Shown here: positions 31,590-32,000 of the stretch, piece after piece
Numbering within the stretch: the first letter of the stretch is position 1
Layout of the letters: each line of letters starts with the position of its first letter
DNA from: Pyrobaculum calidifontis JCM 11548
GTDB taxonomy: Archaea; Thermoproteota; Thermoprotei; Thermoproteales; Thermoproteaceae
Assembly (NCBI RefSeq): GCF_000015805.1
Contig: NC_009073.1
Coordinates: forward strand, 1,680,001 to 1,712,000
Direction of reading: 5' to 3'
Length of the DNA: 32,000 nucleotides
Made by a program: the position numbers and the translations under genes
Notes under the pieces: generated by a model
What the model was told of the DNA's origin: nothing
What the model saw: only the letters and a program-made list of their open reading frames with translations
The model's database searches: none

Positions 31590-32000
31590 CTTTTTTCCAC
31601 CCACACCTCCACCTCCCAGTTTTCCCTAGGCACAACCACGGCTAGGGCAGGCCTCAGCCCCAGTTTTCCAAGTACCCTCTGGCGGCGCGCCAACAGCGCC
31701 CGCTTCTTGCGCAACTTGGCCTCAGTAGGCGACGTGGTAGTTTTAACCTCCACGTGGTACACCTCTCCCCCCTCCACCAACAAGAAGTCCACCTCCCGCA
31801 GCGTCTCAACCACAGCCGCCACAAAGTCGGGGCCGCCGACAAGCCGCCTGTAGAGCACCTCCGCCGCCTCCACCTCCTGCGGCAAAAGCCACTGCCACCC
31901 CTCCAAAAGAGCCGGGGCCACCCCGTCCAAGACGTAGCTCCTGAGCTCCCAAAGGCCGACAGCCAGCAGATTGGCGTACTCCCCCTCCACGTCTCGGCCC
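31586..32000 (-). CDS. PD-(D/E)xK nuclease-fold protein (Hjc/YraN-like); N-terminus may lie beyond the window
   Basis: GGPDFVAAVVETLREVDFLLVEGGEVYHVEVKTT gives a PD...(E)VK motif. The frame remains open from GTG 31990 to the window end. Confidence 0.45.
   Translation of the reverse strand, partial: GRDVEGEYANLLAVGLWELRSYVLDGVAPALLEGWQWLLPQEVEAAEVLYRRLVGGPDFVAAVVETLREVDFLLVEGGEVYHVEVKTTTSPTEAKLRKKRALLARRQRVLGKLGLRPALAVVVPRENWEVEVWVEKS

Noticed and set aside
1-32000. Search for CRISPR arrays, rRNA genes, intact transposases/integrases and long direct or inverted repeats.
   Set aside because: I saw no regularly spaced repeats, rRNA-like sequence or complete mobile-element genes by eye. Only the TnpB relic and the aIF6 relic were found. 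A computational self-dot-plot would be needed to exclude repeats shorter than about 30 nt.

Overview
This window reads as core chromosome of a hyperthermophilic crenarchaeon of the Thermoproteales (Pyrobaculum/Thermoproteus-like). That assignment is my inference from four things: GC-rich genes separated by short AT-rich spacers; an AT-rich TATA box 20-30 nt upstream of most start codons (leaderless layout); two tRNA genes with introns at non-canonical positions; and a small CC1-like basic protein. Most of the content is housekeeping. On the + strand: a CDC48 fragment, Hsp20, a THUMP protein, uS11, a radical-SAM enzyme, and a DUF47/PiT-like pair. There is also a long translation block, eL31 - aIF6 - LX - prefoldin alpha - FtsY - SecE - Spt5 - uL11 - uL1 - uL10(P0). 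It is followed by mevalonate kinase, a small membrane protein and uridine phosphorylase. On the - strand: an MBL hydrolase, TrpRS, a radical-SAM/HhH-GPD gene pair, a second Hsp20, a BMP-type (nucleoside) ABC transporter operon, an S45 penicillin-acylase-family protein, eL40, a Ras-like small GTPase and a PD-(D/E)xK-like protein. By hand translation I added three things below the 60-aa cutoff of the ORF track: a 57-aa basic CC1-like protein, eL40, and a TnpB C-terminal relic. I also corrected several over-extended ORF starts. I saw no CRISPR array, no rRNA and no intact mobile element. The most interesting candidates are: (1) a translationally coupled radical-SAM plus Fe-S HhH-GPD glycosylase-like pair; (2) a 640-aa P-loop/helical-repeat NTPase placed tail-to-tail with a Ras-superfamily GTPase; (3) a small-RNA locus with a C/D-box sRNA whose guide is perfectly complementary to the D-arm of the tRNA-Lys in this window; (4) an IS200/IS605 TnpB 3' relic with a 9-bp GC hairpin; (5) a relic copy of the aIF6 5' end upstream of rplX; (6) a PiT-like transporter with altered signature motifs. 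All product calls rest on motif recognition by eye; no database search was possible.
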